DNA of 64,000 nucleotides from a virus: IMG/VR virus record IMGVR_UViG_3300045988_155139; one strand, 5' to 3'. Shown piece by piece: positions 28,551 to 37,734 of this stretch (position 1 is its first letter; each line of letters starts with the position of its first letter). The notes under the pieces were generated by a model. It saw only the letters and a program-made list of their open reading frames with translations, ran no database searches and was not told where the DNA came from. The position numbers and the translations under genes were made by a program.

Positions 28551-30152
28551 ATGGCTGATATATCAAACTTAAGTACATTTCTTGGAGATGTAGCTAATGC
28601 TATTAGAGAAAAGAAGGGTACTCAAGAACAAATACCTGCTGCAAATTTTGATACAGAAATAAAAAGTTTAGAAGTAGGTGGAGGAATAGACACAAGCGAT
28701 GCTACAGCTACAGCAGATGACATAATAAACGACAAAACCGCTTATGTTAATGGTGAAAAACTTGTAGGAAATATCATACCTGAATACGAAGGTTTTGTAA
28801 CTGATTTTGATACAAAAACAAGTCCTATTAACGATGATAGTATAAAGAAATCTATTTCTGGTGATGGCAAAATTGTAGTATCTTATACAAAGCCTTACGT
28901 AAATATTTATGTACTAGAAAATGATACGTATGTATTAAAAACTTCCATTGACCTTGCTGGGCATACTAACCTAACTGATGGTTTAAAAGTAAGTAGCTTT
29001 GGCATAGATAATAACCCTAATAAATGTTTAATTTTTGCACCACACTATAGTTCATATGATGTTTATTTATATATATACTCTTACGACAATGAGGCTGTAA
29101 ACGCAACTAACGAAACAAGATTGACTTTATCTGGTGCTTCTATTGGTGCAGCAGCTGCTTTACTTGAAATAGAAGGGTCTTATCCTATGTACTTATACCA
29201 TGGTATTGGAAATAGGTCGCAATATAACGCTGATGCACAATTGGCTATACCGTTAGAGACTGGCGAGTATCGTTCTGAAAGGTTATCTGCACCTATGTTT
29301 GGTAGTAATGGATATGCTATAGTAAATCCTTATATACCCAATAAAGATATATATATTGTATCTTGGACAAGAAAAGATAATACATACAGGACTTCAATAA
29401 ATCGTAAAACTTCTACTGGCATAACGAAAGAAACTGTGTCCGAACAAATAATTCCTAACTTTTTAAATACTTATGCAATTGTTGATGGTAGCTTGAAAAG
29501 TTTTTACTACGACCCTATTAGTGGTGATTATGATTATGCTAATTTAGACGGAGTTAGTTTGAATTTTTTTGAAAACCCAGAACATTTATATCAATGCAAA
29601 TGGATTGCAGATAATGTAGTACTTGTATATGACGATACAGAAGGATTATGTTATTTATATAACGTTGATTTATCAAATTATACTAAGTCACTTTTGTATA
29701 AGATTACTGCTAATATAGTGGATGGGTGTACTTCTAGTATCATAGGAAAAATAAATGGGTCTCCTTCTACATTAGTTGTGTCATCAGACGTTATCCAAAA
29801 TTTAGTATCTTTAGTTAGAAATAATAGAAAGTATACTTTTATTTCTGATTCAACCGTTTCTCCAGATGATATACTATCTGGAAAAACAGGATATGGACTG
29901 GGTGGTAGAATTATAGGTACTATGCCAAATAATGGTACTTTGGAAATTACTCCATCCACTGAGGACCAAACTATCCCAGAGGGATATACTAGTGGAGGGA
30001 GAGTTTTAGGGGATGTTAATCTAAAACCCGAAAATATAAAAGCAGGAGTTACAATATTTGGAGTTACTGGTACATTAGAAAGTCCAATCTCACAAGAAGA
30101 ATATGACACAGCATTAGATACAGCAAAACAAATAGAAGGGAGTGTTGAATAA
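28551..30152 (+). CDS. fibre / receptor-binding-like structural protein
   Basis: 533 aa; shares ATA.ADDI..DKTAYVNGEK and LKPENIKAGVTIFGVTGTLE motifs with the next gene. Confidence 0.45.
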   Translation: MADISNLSTFLGDVANAIREKKGTQEQIPAANFDTEIKSLEVGGGIDTSDATATADDIINDKTAYVNGEKLVGNIIPEYEGFVTDFDTKTSPINDDSIKKSISGDGKIVVSYTKPYVNIYVLENDTYVLKTSIDLAGHTNLTDGLKVSSFGIDNNPNKCLIFAPHYSSYDVYLYIYSYDNEAVNATNETRLTLSGASIGAAAALLEIEGSYPMYLYHGIGNRSQYNADAQLAIPLETGEYRSERLSAPMFGSNGYAIVNPYIPNKDIYIVSWTRKDNTYRTSINRKTSTGITKETVSEQIIPNFLNTYAIVDGSLKSFYYDPISGDYDYANLDGVSLNFFENPEHLYQCKWIADNVVLVYDDTEGLCYLYNVDLSNYTKSLLYKITANIVDGCTSSIIGKINGSPSTLVVSSDVIQNLVSLVRNNRKYTFISDSTVSPDDILSGKTGYGLGGRIIGTMPNNGTLEITPSTEDQTIPEGYTSGGRVLGDVNLKPENIKAGVTIFGVTGTLESPISQEEYDTALDTAKQIEGSVE

Positions 30153-30967
30153 TGGAAAATGAATTACAACAAACATTAAATAATATATTAGAAGATAAAA
30201 ACACAAACTTAAAACCAGAAAATCTTAAACAGGGTATAACCTGTTTAGGAGTTGAAGGTACTTTGGAAACAGATACAGATACTTCCGATGCTACTGCTGT
30301 GGCTAGTGATATTGCATTAAACAAAACAGCTTATGTAAATGGAGAAAAAGTTACTGGAACATTACCATTATTTCCAAATTCAAGAACGTTTACTGTAGAT
30401 GGTGGTGTAACTAATGATACAGAAAACAACAGAATACAAATACATACAATAAATACTACTAAACAAATATTAGACAGTAATTTGAATATGGAATTTAATG
30501 GAGAATATGCTGATGTGGCTGATGCTATTGGTCTTACAGCAGATAAAATAAAAGCTGGTGAAACTATACTTGGAGTAGAAGGCACATTACCTAGTGGAAG
30601 TTTGCCTTATGAATTAGTAGACTTATCTGCTTTAGAGAGCGGTACTTCTATTATAGGCTTTAAAGTAGACTTATCTGTGACTCCAGACTATACAAAAGAC
30701 TATTCTAATGTTATTGTAGAAAATTCAAGTACTGGTCAAGGGCTAATATATATTACAGGATATAATTCAAACAATACACTTACAGTTATGGGAGATGACT
30801 TAGGATGTTCTGGACACATATACGAATTTATAAAAACTGACGAAACTATAACTAGTGCAAAAGTAGTTGCTACACAAACATACTTTATATTTACTTCTCC
30901 ATTGACTATTGATTTTATATCATTGGATGGAATAGACTTACCTATACAAGCTATTAAAGCTTTATAA
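30152..30967 (+). CDS. fibre / receptor-binding-like structural protein (paralogous module)
   Basis: LKPENLKQGITCLGVEGTLE and ATAVASDIALNKTAYVNGEKVTG repeat the motifs of the upstream gene. Confidence 0.45.
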   Translation: MENELQQTLNNILEDKNTNLKPENLKQGITCLGVEGTLETDTDTSDATAVASDIALNKTAYVNGEKVTGTLPLFPNSRTFTVDGGVTNDTENNRIQIHTINTTKQILDSNLNMEFNGEYADVADAIGLTADKIKAGETILGVEGTLPSGSLPYELVDLSALESGTSIIGFKVDLSVTPDYTKDYSNVIVENSSTGQGLIYITGYNSNNTLTVMGDDLGCSGHIYEFIKTDETITSAKVVATQTYFIFTSPLTIDFISLDGIDLPIQAIKAL

Positions 30968-30992
30968 TAAAATACTAAAAGGAGCGTTTTTA

Positions 30993-31547
30993 GTGGAAAT
31001 TTTACAAATACTATTATTAGGACAAATATCTGAGGCAATATTTATTTCTTTATTTATGATATTTGTCAAAAACATTAGAACTAAACGATTACTATTTACA
31101 ATAATAATGATAATCGAGTATTTGTTACTGATGTCATTATTTGCTTACAATTGGATGTTTCATATACTATTCATGATTATAGTTTATATAACTTTAAAAG
31201 TGCTATATAAAGACAAAGCCCAAATAACTGATGTGTTTATATTTGTCATTAGTTATATTCTAATAATTATTAGTAGTTTTATATGCGTAGTAGCATTTAA
31301 TGTGAATATGGTCATTGCTAGTATAGCAAATAGACTTTTGCTATTTATTCCATTGTTAGCATTAAATTATAAGCTAAATTGCATACAAAAAGTCTACAGA
31401 AAATATCGGAATAGAAATGACAAGATTAAAAAGAAAATGAAATCAATTACTTTTAGAGGTTTAAACGTCGTAGTATTTAATTTATTGTTTACGATAATAA
31501 ACATTGGTATGTTAGTTGCAACATATTACAATAATTTTATAAAGTGA
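30993..31547 (+). CDS. polytopic membrane protein (5-6 TM)
   Basis: 184 aa, almost entirely hydrophobic helices, basic loop KYRNRNDKIKKKMK; GTG start. Confidence 0.5.
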   Translation: MEILQILLLGQISEAIFISLFMIFVKNIRTKRLLFTIIMIIEYLLLMSLFAYNWMFHILFMIIVYITLKVLYKDKAQITDVFIFVISYILIIISSFICVVAFNVNMVIASIANRLLLFIPLLALNYKLNCIQKVYRKYRNRNDKIKKKMKSITFRGLNVVVFNLLFTIINIGMLVATYYNNFIK

Positions 31548-31606
31548 GGTGATTTTTATGTGGCCAAGTATATTCTGGTTATGGTCTGTAAAGGACGGTG
31601 AGTAGT

Positions 31607-32179
31607 ATGAAGGTAAACAAAGAAGCTATTCAAGCTATAATCTTCAATGTTGCTGAGACAGCCTTAATATTTCTAATTGGTTTAACATTAGGATTAGAAA
31701 TGGTCAATATACTTATTCTTATGTTTGTATTCATGATAAGTAGAGGCTGTTTTGGCACTACTCTTCATTTCAAAGAATGGTATAAGTGCTTAGTTTGGAG
31801 TTCATTGATATTGTTTAGCTTATTTACAGTTTTAAAAGTTAGTTTACCAATCTCCATTGTATTTACAATATTTGGAGCATTTATTATGACTGGAAAAGCT
31901 AACGTCAATGATTTATATCTTTGGAGTAGAAAAGATGAGCCAAGTAAATACCAAGACATTCTGGATTTCATTAAATATAATGAACTAGATGATAAACTTT
32001 TGGAGTTTGAAGAGAAGATTAAGAAAAGAGATAATAGAGAATATTTAATCTACAAGTATAGATTTAAAGAGGGTCGAACGTTTGCTGAAATCTCCAAATT
32101 ATTGGACATGAAAGGACCCAGAATAGCTCAACACTTAGAGAAAATTGCTTTTGCAATGAGACTCTATTGTGGAATTTAA
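31607..32179 (+). CDS. membrane-anchored sigma-70 region-4-like HTH protein
   Basis: N-terminal 3 TM helices; C-terminal EYLIYKYRFKEGRTFAEISKLLDMKGPRIAQHLEKIAFAMR resembles sigma-70 region 4. Confidence 0.5.
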   Translation: MKVNKEAIQAIIFNVAETALIFLIGLTLGLEMVNILILMFVFMISRGCFGTTLHFKEWYKCLVWSSLILFSLFTVLKVSLPISIVFTIFGAFIMTGKANVNDLYLWSRKDEPSKYQDILDFIKYNELDDKLLEFEEKIKKRDNREYLIYKYRFKEGRTFAEISKLLDMKGPRIAQHLEKIAFAMRLYCGI

Positions 32180-32209
32180 GAAGAGTATAACTCTTCTTAT
32201 TTTTTTTTG
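32177..32209 (+). terminator. rho-independent terminator
   Basis: AAGAAGAGT-ATA-ACTCTTCTT stem followed by T10. Confidence 0.7.
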
Positions 32210-32296
32210 TTAAAAAAGTTCCCATAGTCCGAATAACAATCTTATTTTTATATTGATATAATAAAAGTATAATAAATAACAAGGAGGAGAAAGCAT

Positions 32297-32746
32297 ATGT
32301 ATAACCCTGTTGAATTACAAAGAATTGATAGACAAATAGAAGATTTACAGAGAATGAAAGCAGCTTATCAAAATATGCAACCTACCCCTATCAATAACAT
32401 TATTAACACACAAAATCAGCCGGTATTCGAAGCTAAGTTTACGAATGAAAATCCGTCTGATATTTTTGTGCAGAATAAAACTGCATTCATTGATTTGAAA
32501 AATGGAGTTTTGACAGTTAAAGAGCCAGATGGGGAGATGAAGCAATATGGTATCATCTTACCAAAGGATGAGAAGGACATAAAGATTGAAAATTTGGAAA
32601 TGAAAATTAGAGAAATGGAGATGAGGTTGAATGAACATACAGAACCTATTAAGCCAGTTGTCAGTGAGCAACAATCCATTGTCAATGATAATGGGAATGT
32701 TACCAAGTCAAAATCAAAAGACAATTTTTTCAAATCTAGTAAATAG
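32297..32746 (+). CDS. coiled-coil protein
   Basis: 149 aa; RBS AAGGAGGAG upstream. Confidence 0.5.
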   Translation: MYNPVELQRIDRQIEDLQRMKAAYQNMQPTPINNIINTQNQPVFEAKFTNENPSDIFVQNKTAFIDLKNGVLTVKEPDGEMKQYGIILPKDEKDIKIENLEMKIREMEMRLNEHTEPIKPVVSEQQSIVNDNGNVTKSKSKDNFFKSSK

Positions 32747-32849
32747 TCAAAGCGATGAAGAAAGAGCTCAGAAGATTGCTGATTTATGTAATCAATATGG
32801 AATTACAAAATCTCAATTAGAACAAGCCATAAAATCACAAGGAAGGTAA
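32631..32849 (+). CDS. small Ser/Gln-rich protein (overlapping ORF)
   Basis: 72 aa; own GGAG RBS; overlaps the previous gene by 116 nt in the +1 frame. Confidence 0.3.
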   Translation: MNIQNLLSQLSVSNNPLSMIMGMLPSQNQKTIFSNLVNSQSDEERAQKIADLCNQYGITKSQLEQAIKSQGR

Positions 32850-32899
32850 TAGTTGCAACATTACATAAATATTTTAAAATAGAAAGGAGTTAGATAGTT

Positions 32900-33550
32900 A
32901 TGGAACATGGAGGTTTATCTGCTAGTGATGTTTTAGCATTAACAAATAACCGTGATGGTTACGCTGACGGAATGGGAGGTCAATTCTGGTGGGTAATCGT
33001 ATTTCTAATCGTAGCTTCTATGTTTAGAGGAAACGGTTTATTTGGAAATGACGGTACTGCTACAAATGCAGTATTAGGTTCAGACGAATTTATCAAACGT
33101 GATATATTCAACACAAACCAAAATGTATCTACTACATCTTGTCAAACACAAAGGGATGTTTTAGAAAGTAGATATACAAACCAATTAGGTTTACAACAAG
33201 TACAAGCCAATCAACAAAATTGCTGCTGCGAAACTCAAAAAGAGATTTTACAAAGCAGATATGACAATGCTTTACAAGGAAATACATTACAAGCACAAAT
33301 GGCTCAATGCTGCTGTGATTTAAAATCAGAAGGTTTAGCTAATACTCAAAAAATATTAGACAAACTTTGTGAAAATGAAATCAATCAACTTAGAACAGAA
33401 TTACAATCTGCTCAATTCCAAATTTCTCAATTATCACAAACTGCTAACATAACAAATACTTTGAGACCATTCCCAATACCTGCATACATTACTGCATCTC
33501 CATACCAATCTTATGGATATGGAACATGCGGATGTGGATGTGGATTTTAA
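32900..33550 (+). CDS. Cys-rich repeat membrane protein (novel)
   Basis: one TM helix (FWWVIVFLIVASMF); tandem repeat ...LESRY.N.L...Q...CCC; C-terminal GTCGCGCGF. Confidence 0.55.
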   Translation: MEHGGLSASDVLALTNNRDGYADGMGGQFWWVIVFLIVASMFRGNGLFGNDGTATNAVLGSDEFIKRDIFNTNQNVSTTSCQTQRDVLESRYTNQLGLQQVQANQQNCCCETQKEILQSRYDNALQGNTLQAQMAQCCCDLKSEGLANTQKILDKLCENEINQLRTELQSAQFQISQLSQTANITNTLRPFPIPAYITASPYQSYGYGTCGCGCGF

Positions 33551-33644
33551 TTAGCCGCTCTTTAAGAGTGTAGAGTAGAAAATACTATTTATTTTTAAAG
33601 GGCAGACCATCCATCTGCTCTTATTTTATTTTGGAGGTGTAAAT

Positions 33645-34058
33645 ATGAGTTGTAATTGTGATAACATTATTCGAGCTACTGATTATGATGTGAGTACTAC
33701 TATATTCCAAATAAATACTAGTTTTAGTGTATCGTCTATAAGCAATTGTCAAAGATTTATTCTGTCTTTACCTATAGCCTTACCCGCTATAACTACTAAT
33801 GTTCCAGTCTCAGTAGTAATCAGTATAAATGGTACAAATACGAGTATACCAGTTCAAGACATTCTTGGAAATAATCTGATGGCCGACCAATTGAGGTTTA
33901 TATGTAAAAATCAATGTGGAAACAGAGTAGTTAGAATTATCTATGGTTCTAATCCATCACATTTTAAAGTTTTACAATGTTTACCCGAAAGTTCTGCAGT
34001 TGCCCCTACTTCTGCATCAACTGCAGCTACAACTGCTAGTGAAGGAGGTAGTAACTAA
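33645..34058 (+). CDS. hypothetical protein (N-terminal MSCNCDN)
   Basis: 137 aa; Ser/Thr/Ile-rich, predicted beta-rich; C-terminal Ala/Thr/Ser tail. Confidence 0.5.
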   Translation: MSCNCDNIIRATDYDVSTTIFQINTSFSVSSISNCQRFILSLPIALPAITTNVPVSVVISINGTNTSIPVQDILGNNLMADQLRFICKNQCGNRVVRIIYGSNPSHFKVLQCLPESSAVAPTSASTAATTASEGGSN

Positions 34059-34477
34059 TGGACTTATCTAAATTGAGTAAAGAGACATTGGAAGATATTC
34101 TTTGTGACTTATTGGAAGATGTTGGAAAGATTAACCATTCATTATCCCAAAAATATGACGACATTATAGAAGATGAGTTATATTATATTGATGAGATGGA
34201 AGCAATGAAAATAGTTAGAAGCTTTAAACCATATGGTGAAGTATACTCAATGGCAGATGTTAAAGAACTTTTAACAAAAATGCAGATTTCTGCTGACAAA
34301 GTTTTAAAATATTATCTATGTATGAATATGAGTTACAATGACTATAAGTCTTATCCTGAAAGTAAAAGACTAGATGTCAAAGAGTTTTGTTTTGAGATGT
34401 CTAAGTTATTTATCAACGACATTGATGCACCAAAACATAAAGTAGCAAAATATTTTAAATCATTTGAAGAAAACTAA
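34058..34477 (+). CDS. hypothetical acidic protein
   Basis: 139 aa; ATG overlaps previous stop. Confidence 0.5.
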   Translation: MDLSKLSKETLEDILCDLLEDVGKINHSLSQKYDDIIEDELYYIDEMEAMKIVRSFKPYGEVYSMADVKELLTKMQISADKVLKYYLCMNMSYNDYKSYPESKRLDVKEFCFEMSKLFINDIDAPKHKVAKYFKSFEEN

Positions 34478-34489
34478 AAATTTTATCCT

Positions 34490-34525
34490 AAAACTATTTA
34501 CAACTATTTTGGTTTATCATATAAT
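34490..34525 (+). promoter_or_regulatory. conserved phage promoter driving capsid/tail genes
   Basis: AAACTATTTACA (-35 34497-34502), 17 nt spacer, TATAAT 34520-34525; followed by ~190 nt structured leader. Confidence 0.5.
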
Positions 34526-34725
34526 AATGGTAAATAAAATAGTAGAAATAGATATGTCTTGGGGACTATCCGAACTTATATGAGTTCGTAGTAAATGAGA
34601 TGGGTAATATTTCTACATAATCAGAACTATGTCGAAAGACATAATGAGAGTATGTAGTAGCCCATTTCATTGGCTACGAACTCAATTTTGTATGAAAAAA
34701 AAATATTGAAAGGGAGGTGCCTATT

Positions 34726-35622
34726 ATGGCAGCAGTAAATTATGCAGAAGCATACGAAAGAGCTTTAGCTCAATCTTATCCTAATGTGTTGAACTTTGGT
34801 GAATTATACAACACAGCTAACAACAGAATTTACACATTCTTAAATGCTAAAACAATTCACATACCATCTATCTCAGTAACAGGAAGAACAAATGTTAACA
34901 GAGATGCTATCGATGGAACATTCAAAAGAAACATCGACAATGACTATGAAGACAAAACAATGCAATTCTACAGAGAATGGTCAACATCTATTGACCCAGC
35001 AGACGTAGACGATACAAATATGGTATTAACAATCCAAAATGCTACAAAAGTCTTCAATGAAACACAAAAATTCCCAGAAAAAGATGCTTACTTAGTATCT
35101 AAAGTCTATACTGACTGGGCAGCACAAGGTGGAACAGCAAATACAGAAGTATTAACTGTTGATAACGTTTTATCAGTATTCGATAAAATGATGGAAGCTA
35201 TGGATGAAGCATTAGTTCCATTCAGTGGAAGAATATGCTATGTAACTCCAGCTGTTAAAACATTATTAAAAAATGCTTCACAAATTGGTTTACAAAAAGA
35301 TGTTACAGCTCAAGGAGATATTAACAGAATAGTAAACAGATTAGATGAAGTTAAATTAGTAACTGTTCCATCAGTTTTAATGAAAACTGCTTATGATTTC
35401 GAGACAGGATTTGAAGCAGCAGAAGATGCTAAACAAATAAACATCTTCTTAGTACATCCAACTGCAATCTTAACACCTTCAAAATATTCATTCGTTGGTG
35501 TAGAAGCTCCAGCAGCTGGTACAAAAGGTGATTACATCTATTATGAAAAAGAATATTCTGACGTATTCATATTAAATAATAGAACATCTGCTATAGCTTT
35601 CAATACTGAAGCAGGAGAATAA
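34726..35622 (+). CDS. major capsid protein
   Basis: ATG 34726 after AAAGGGAGGTG RBS; ~300 aa, abundant-protein codon style, at the start of the head-tail module behind a promoter and long leader. Confidence 0.6.
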   Translation: MAAVNYAEAYERALAQSYPNVLNFGELYNTANNRIYTFLNAKTIHIPSISVTGRTNVNRDAIDGTFKRNIDNDYEDKTMQFYREWSTSIDPADVDDTNMVLTIQNATKVFNETQKFPEKDAYLVSKVYTDWAAQGGTANTEVLTVDNVLSVFDKMMEAMDEALVPFSGRICYVTPAVKTLLKNASQIGLQKDVTAQGDINRIVNRLDEVKLVTVPSVLMKTAYDFETGFEAAEDAKQINIFLVHPTAILTPSKYSFVGVEAPAAGTKGDYIYYEKEYSDVFILNNRTSAIAFNTEAGE

Positions 35623-35642
35623 TTTGAAAGGAGAAACATACC

Positions 35643-35960
35643 ATGTCAAGAGAAGAGTTAATCAATTTGGCTAAAGACAAATTGGGACCAGTCTTTGTTT
35701 CAACAGATGAACAAGTCCTAAAAAATATTGGTGATACTGTTATCGATGAAGCATTAGATTGTAGCCATAGGGCAGAAAACGATGAAAATCTAAAATCTTT
35801 GAAAGCCATAATAGTTGAAACTATTGTAATTGCTTATCAAAATAGAGGTTCAGAAGGTTTAAAATCTCAATCTGAACTTGGTCAAAGTAACTCTTTTGTT
35901 GACTGGATGGAGTATCTTCAAAATAATATAATTCAAAAAGGAAAGAGGTTTTTGTTTTGA
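35643..35960 (+). CDS. head-tail connector / DNA packaging protein
   Basis: 105 aa immediately after the capsid gene; assigned by position. Confidence 0.4.
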   Translation: MSREELINLAKDKLGPVFVSTDEQVLKNIGDTVIDEALDCSHRAENDENLKSLKAIIVETIVIAYQNRGSEGLKSQSELGQSNSFVDWMEYLQNNIIQKGKRFLF

Positions 35961-36286
35961 GACTAATTGATTTAGAAAAAGTAACACTTTATAATTTAAC
36001 TAAAAGCACTAGAAAAGATGGTGACCCAGAAGAGTCTTATGATAAAATATCTGACTATGACGCTGGAGTACAATATCTAGATGATAGTGTTGCAGCTTCC
36101 ATATATGGAGCTGAAGTTACTAAGACATATCGTGTTTCTTCACTTCATTTTGGTCTCGAACAATTTCTTCTTCCAAAAATCAATAACAATCCAGATAATC
36201 TTTCAAAATATTTGATTGAATATCTTGGAAATAAGTTCAAAATCCAAAGAGTTACACCTAAGTACATTGATATGAGTTGGAGGTAG
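35957..36286 (+). CDS. head-tail joining (head closure) protein
   Basis: 109 aa, overlapping start/stop; assigned by position. Confidence 0.4.
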   Translation: MRLIDLEKVTLYNLTKSTRKDGDPEESYDKISDYDAGVQYLDDSVAASIYGAEVTKTYRVSSLHFGLEQFLLPKINNNPDNLSKYLIEYLGNKFKIQRVTPKYIDMSWR

Positions 36287-36292
36287 TTAGGT

Positions 36293-36721
36293 ATGAGTAA
36301 TTCTAGTGTATATAGAAAATTGGACCAAATATCTAAAGGAGAAATACTATCACAGTTTCTGAAAGAAAATGGTACTGAATGTTGGCAGAGAATTGTCGAC
36401 ACAGCACCAAAAGATACTGGTAGATATGCTGCATCCATTCAGATAACGGATGTTGAAAGAAATGGTAATGAATTAAGTATTACTATTTTTACAGACTTAG
36501 ACTCTGGATGGCACGGAGTTCCGTTAGCTGAATTTTTGGAACACGGAACAGGTATCTTTCGTGAAGATGGTACAGGACGACAAACTCCTTGGGTATATTA
36601 CAATGAGAGATGGCAAAGATTTGTTTTCACAAGAGGACAAAAGCCACAACCTCATTGGAGTCCAGCATATTTCACTCAAATAGCTAAAATAAAGGAGGGA
36701 CTAAAACATGTCTTTGATTAA
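36293..36721 (+). CDS. tail completion / neck protein
   Basis: 142 aa; assigned by position. Confidence 0.4.
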   Translation: MSNSSVYRKLDQISKGEILSQFLKENGTECWQRIVDTAPKDTGRYAASIQITDVERNGNELSITIFTDLDSGWHGVPLAEFLEHGTGIFREDGTGRQTPWVYYNERWQRFVFTRGQKPQPHWSPAYFTQIAKIKEGLKHVFD

Positions 36722-37085
36722 CCAATTTAGAGTTATGATACAAAACGAATTGACCAAAATTGAAGGACTTGAACCTGGAAAAATTATCTCAGATGACACT
36801 ATCCAGACCGGAGTATTTCATTATGGTTATGAAGTTAGCACATCTGTTATCTCTAAAAGTATTGGGTATGATAATGATAATATGGTTCTGACTATTACTG
36901 GTTATTTGACGACTAAGGGTGATACATTAGAAAAATTCGATGATTTCACAGATAAAATTTGTGAAGCCTTATCACATCTTAACATTAAAACTACAACACA
37001 AGATATTACTACATATGATACAACTCGTAAAACTTTAATCAGTGGAACAGTAACTTTGAACACTTTGGACAAAACTCTTCGTTAA
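36708..37085 (+). CDS. tail terminator-like protein
   Basis: 125 aa; assigned by position before the major tail gene. Confidence 0.35.
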   Translation: MSLINQFRVMIQNELTKIEGLEPGKIISDDTIQTGVFHYGYEVSTSVISKSIGYDNDNMVLTITGYLTTKGDTLEKFDDFTDKICEALSHLNIKTTTQDITTYDTTRKTLISGTVTLNTLDKTLR

Positions 37086-37165
37086 ACGAAGCTTGAGAAT
37101 TCATTATAAGACATTTTTATAAATCACAAAGGTAATTATATTATCTAAAAGGAGGTATTATTATT

Positions 37166-37627
37166 ATGGACCCAGATGCAAAAGTACAAGTTGCAACCCT
37201 TGGTACAAAACTTGAGTTCTCCGCAGATAGTACAGATGGAAAAACAGGACAATGGACTAGAGTTTATGGTTTAGCTTCAACTCCAGATTTTGGTGGACAA
37301 CCTAACACAATAGACTCTACAACATTAGATAATACTGTTGCTGAGACATCAGTACAAGGGCTTATGCCAGCTGCCGAAGTTTCATATGAAATCAACGTTC
37401 AAGTTCTTAATGATGAAAATGCTAACCTAAGAAAAGTAAAAGCTTTAGCTGATGCAAAATCTACAGATTATTGGAGATTAACAAAAGCTAGTGGTGTAGT
37501 TATTTCATATAAGGCTAAGACTACAATTTCATATAATGCTGATGAGCAAGCTTCTATTGAGAAATTCACAATATATCATGATTTAAAATCCGATATAAAA
37601 GTAGAGTTACCTGAAATCGGAGACTAA
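37166..37627 (+). CDS. major tail protein
   Basis: 153 aa; RBS AAAGGAGGT; upstream of chaperone pair and tape measure; strong terminator follows. Confidence 0.55.
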   Translation: MDPDAKVQVATLGTKLEFSADSTDGKTGQWTRVYGLASTPDFGGQPNTIDSTTLDNTVAETSVQGLMPAAEVSYEINVQVLNDENANLRKVKALADAKSTDYWRLTKASGVVISYKAKTTISYNADEQASIEKFTIYHDLKSDIKVELPEIGD

Positions 37628-37645
37628 TCGGTCTCCGATTTTCGG
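37615..37645 (+). terminator. rho-independent terminator
   Basis: AATCGGAGAC-TAATCG-GTCTCCGATT followed by TTCGG/T-rich. Confidence 0.7.
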
Positions 37646-37734
37646 TATATCAATAAACTTTAGTTTTCCCAAGTTTCCCAACTTTCTCCTGGTTTTAGCG
37701 GGAAAACAAGATAAATTGTAAAGGAGAAAGTGCA

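Noticed and set aside
32631-32849. Programmed frameshift joining 32297-32746 to 32631-32849
   Set aside because: The downstream ORF is in the +1 frame, not -1. It has its own RBS and ATG. The only homopolymer (ATTTTTTC at 32724) does not give a canonical slippery site. It was kept as a low-confidence independent ORF.
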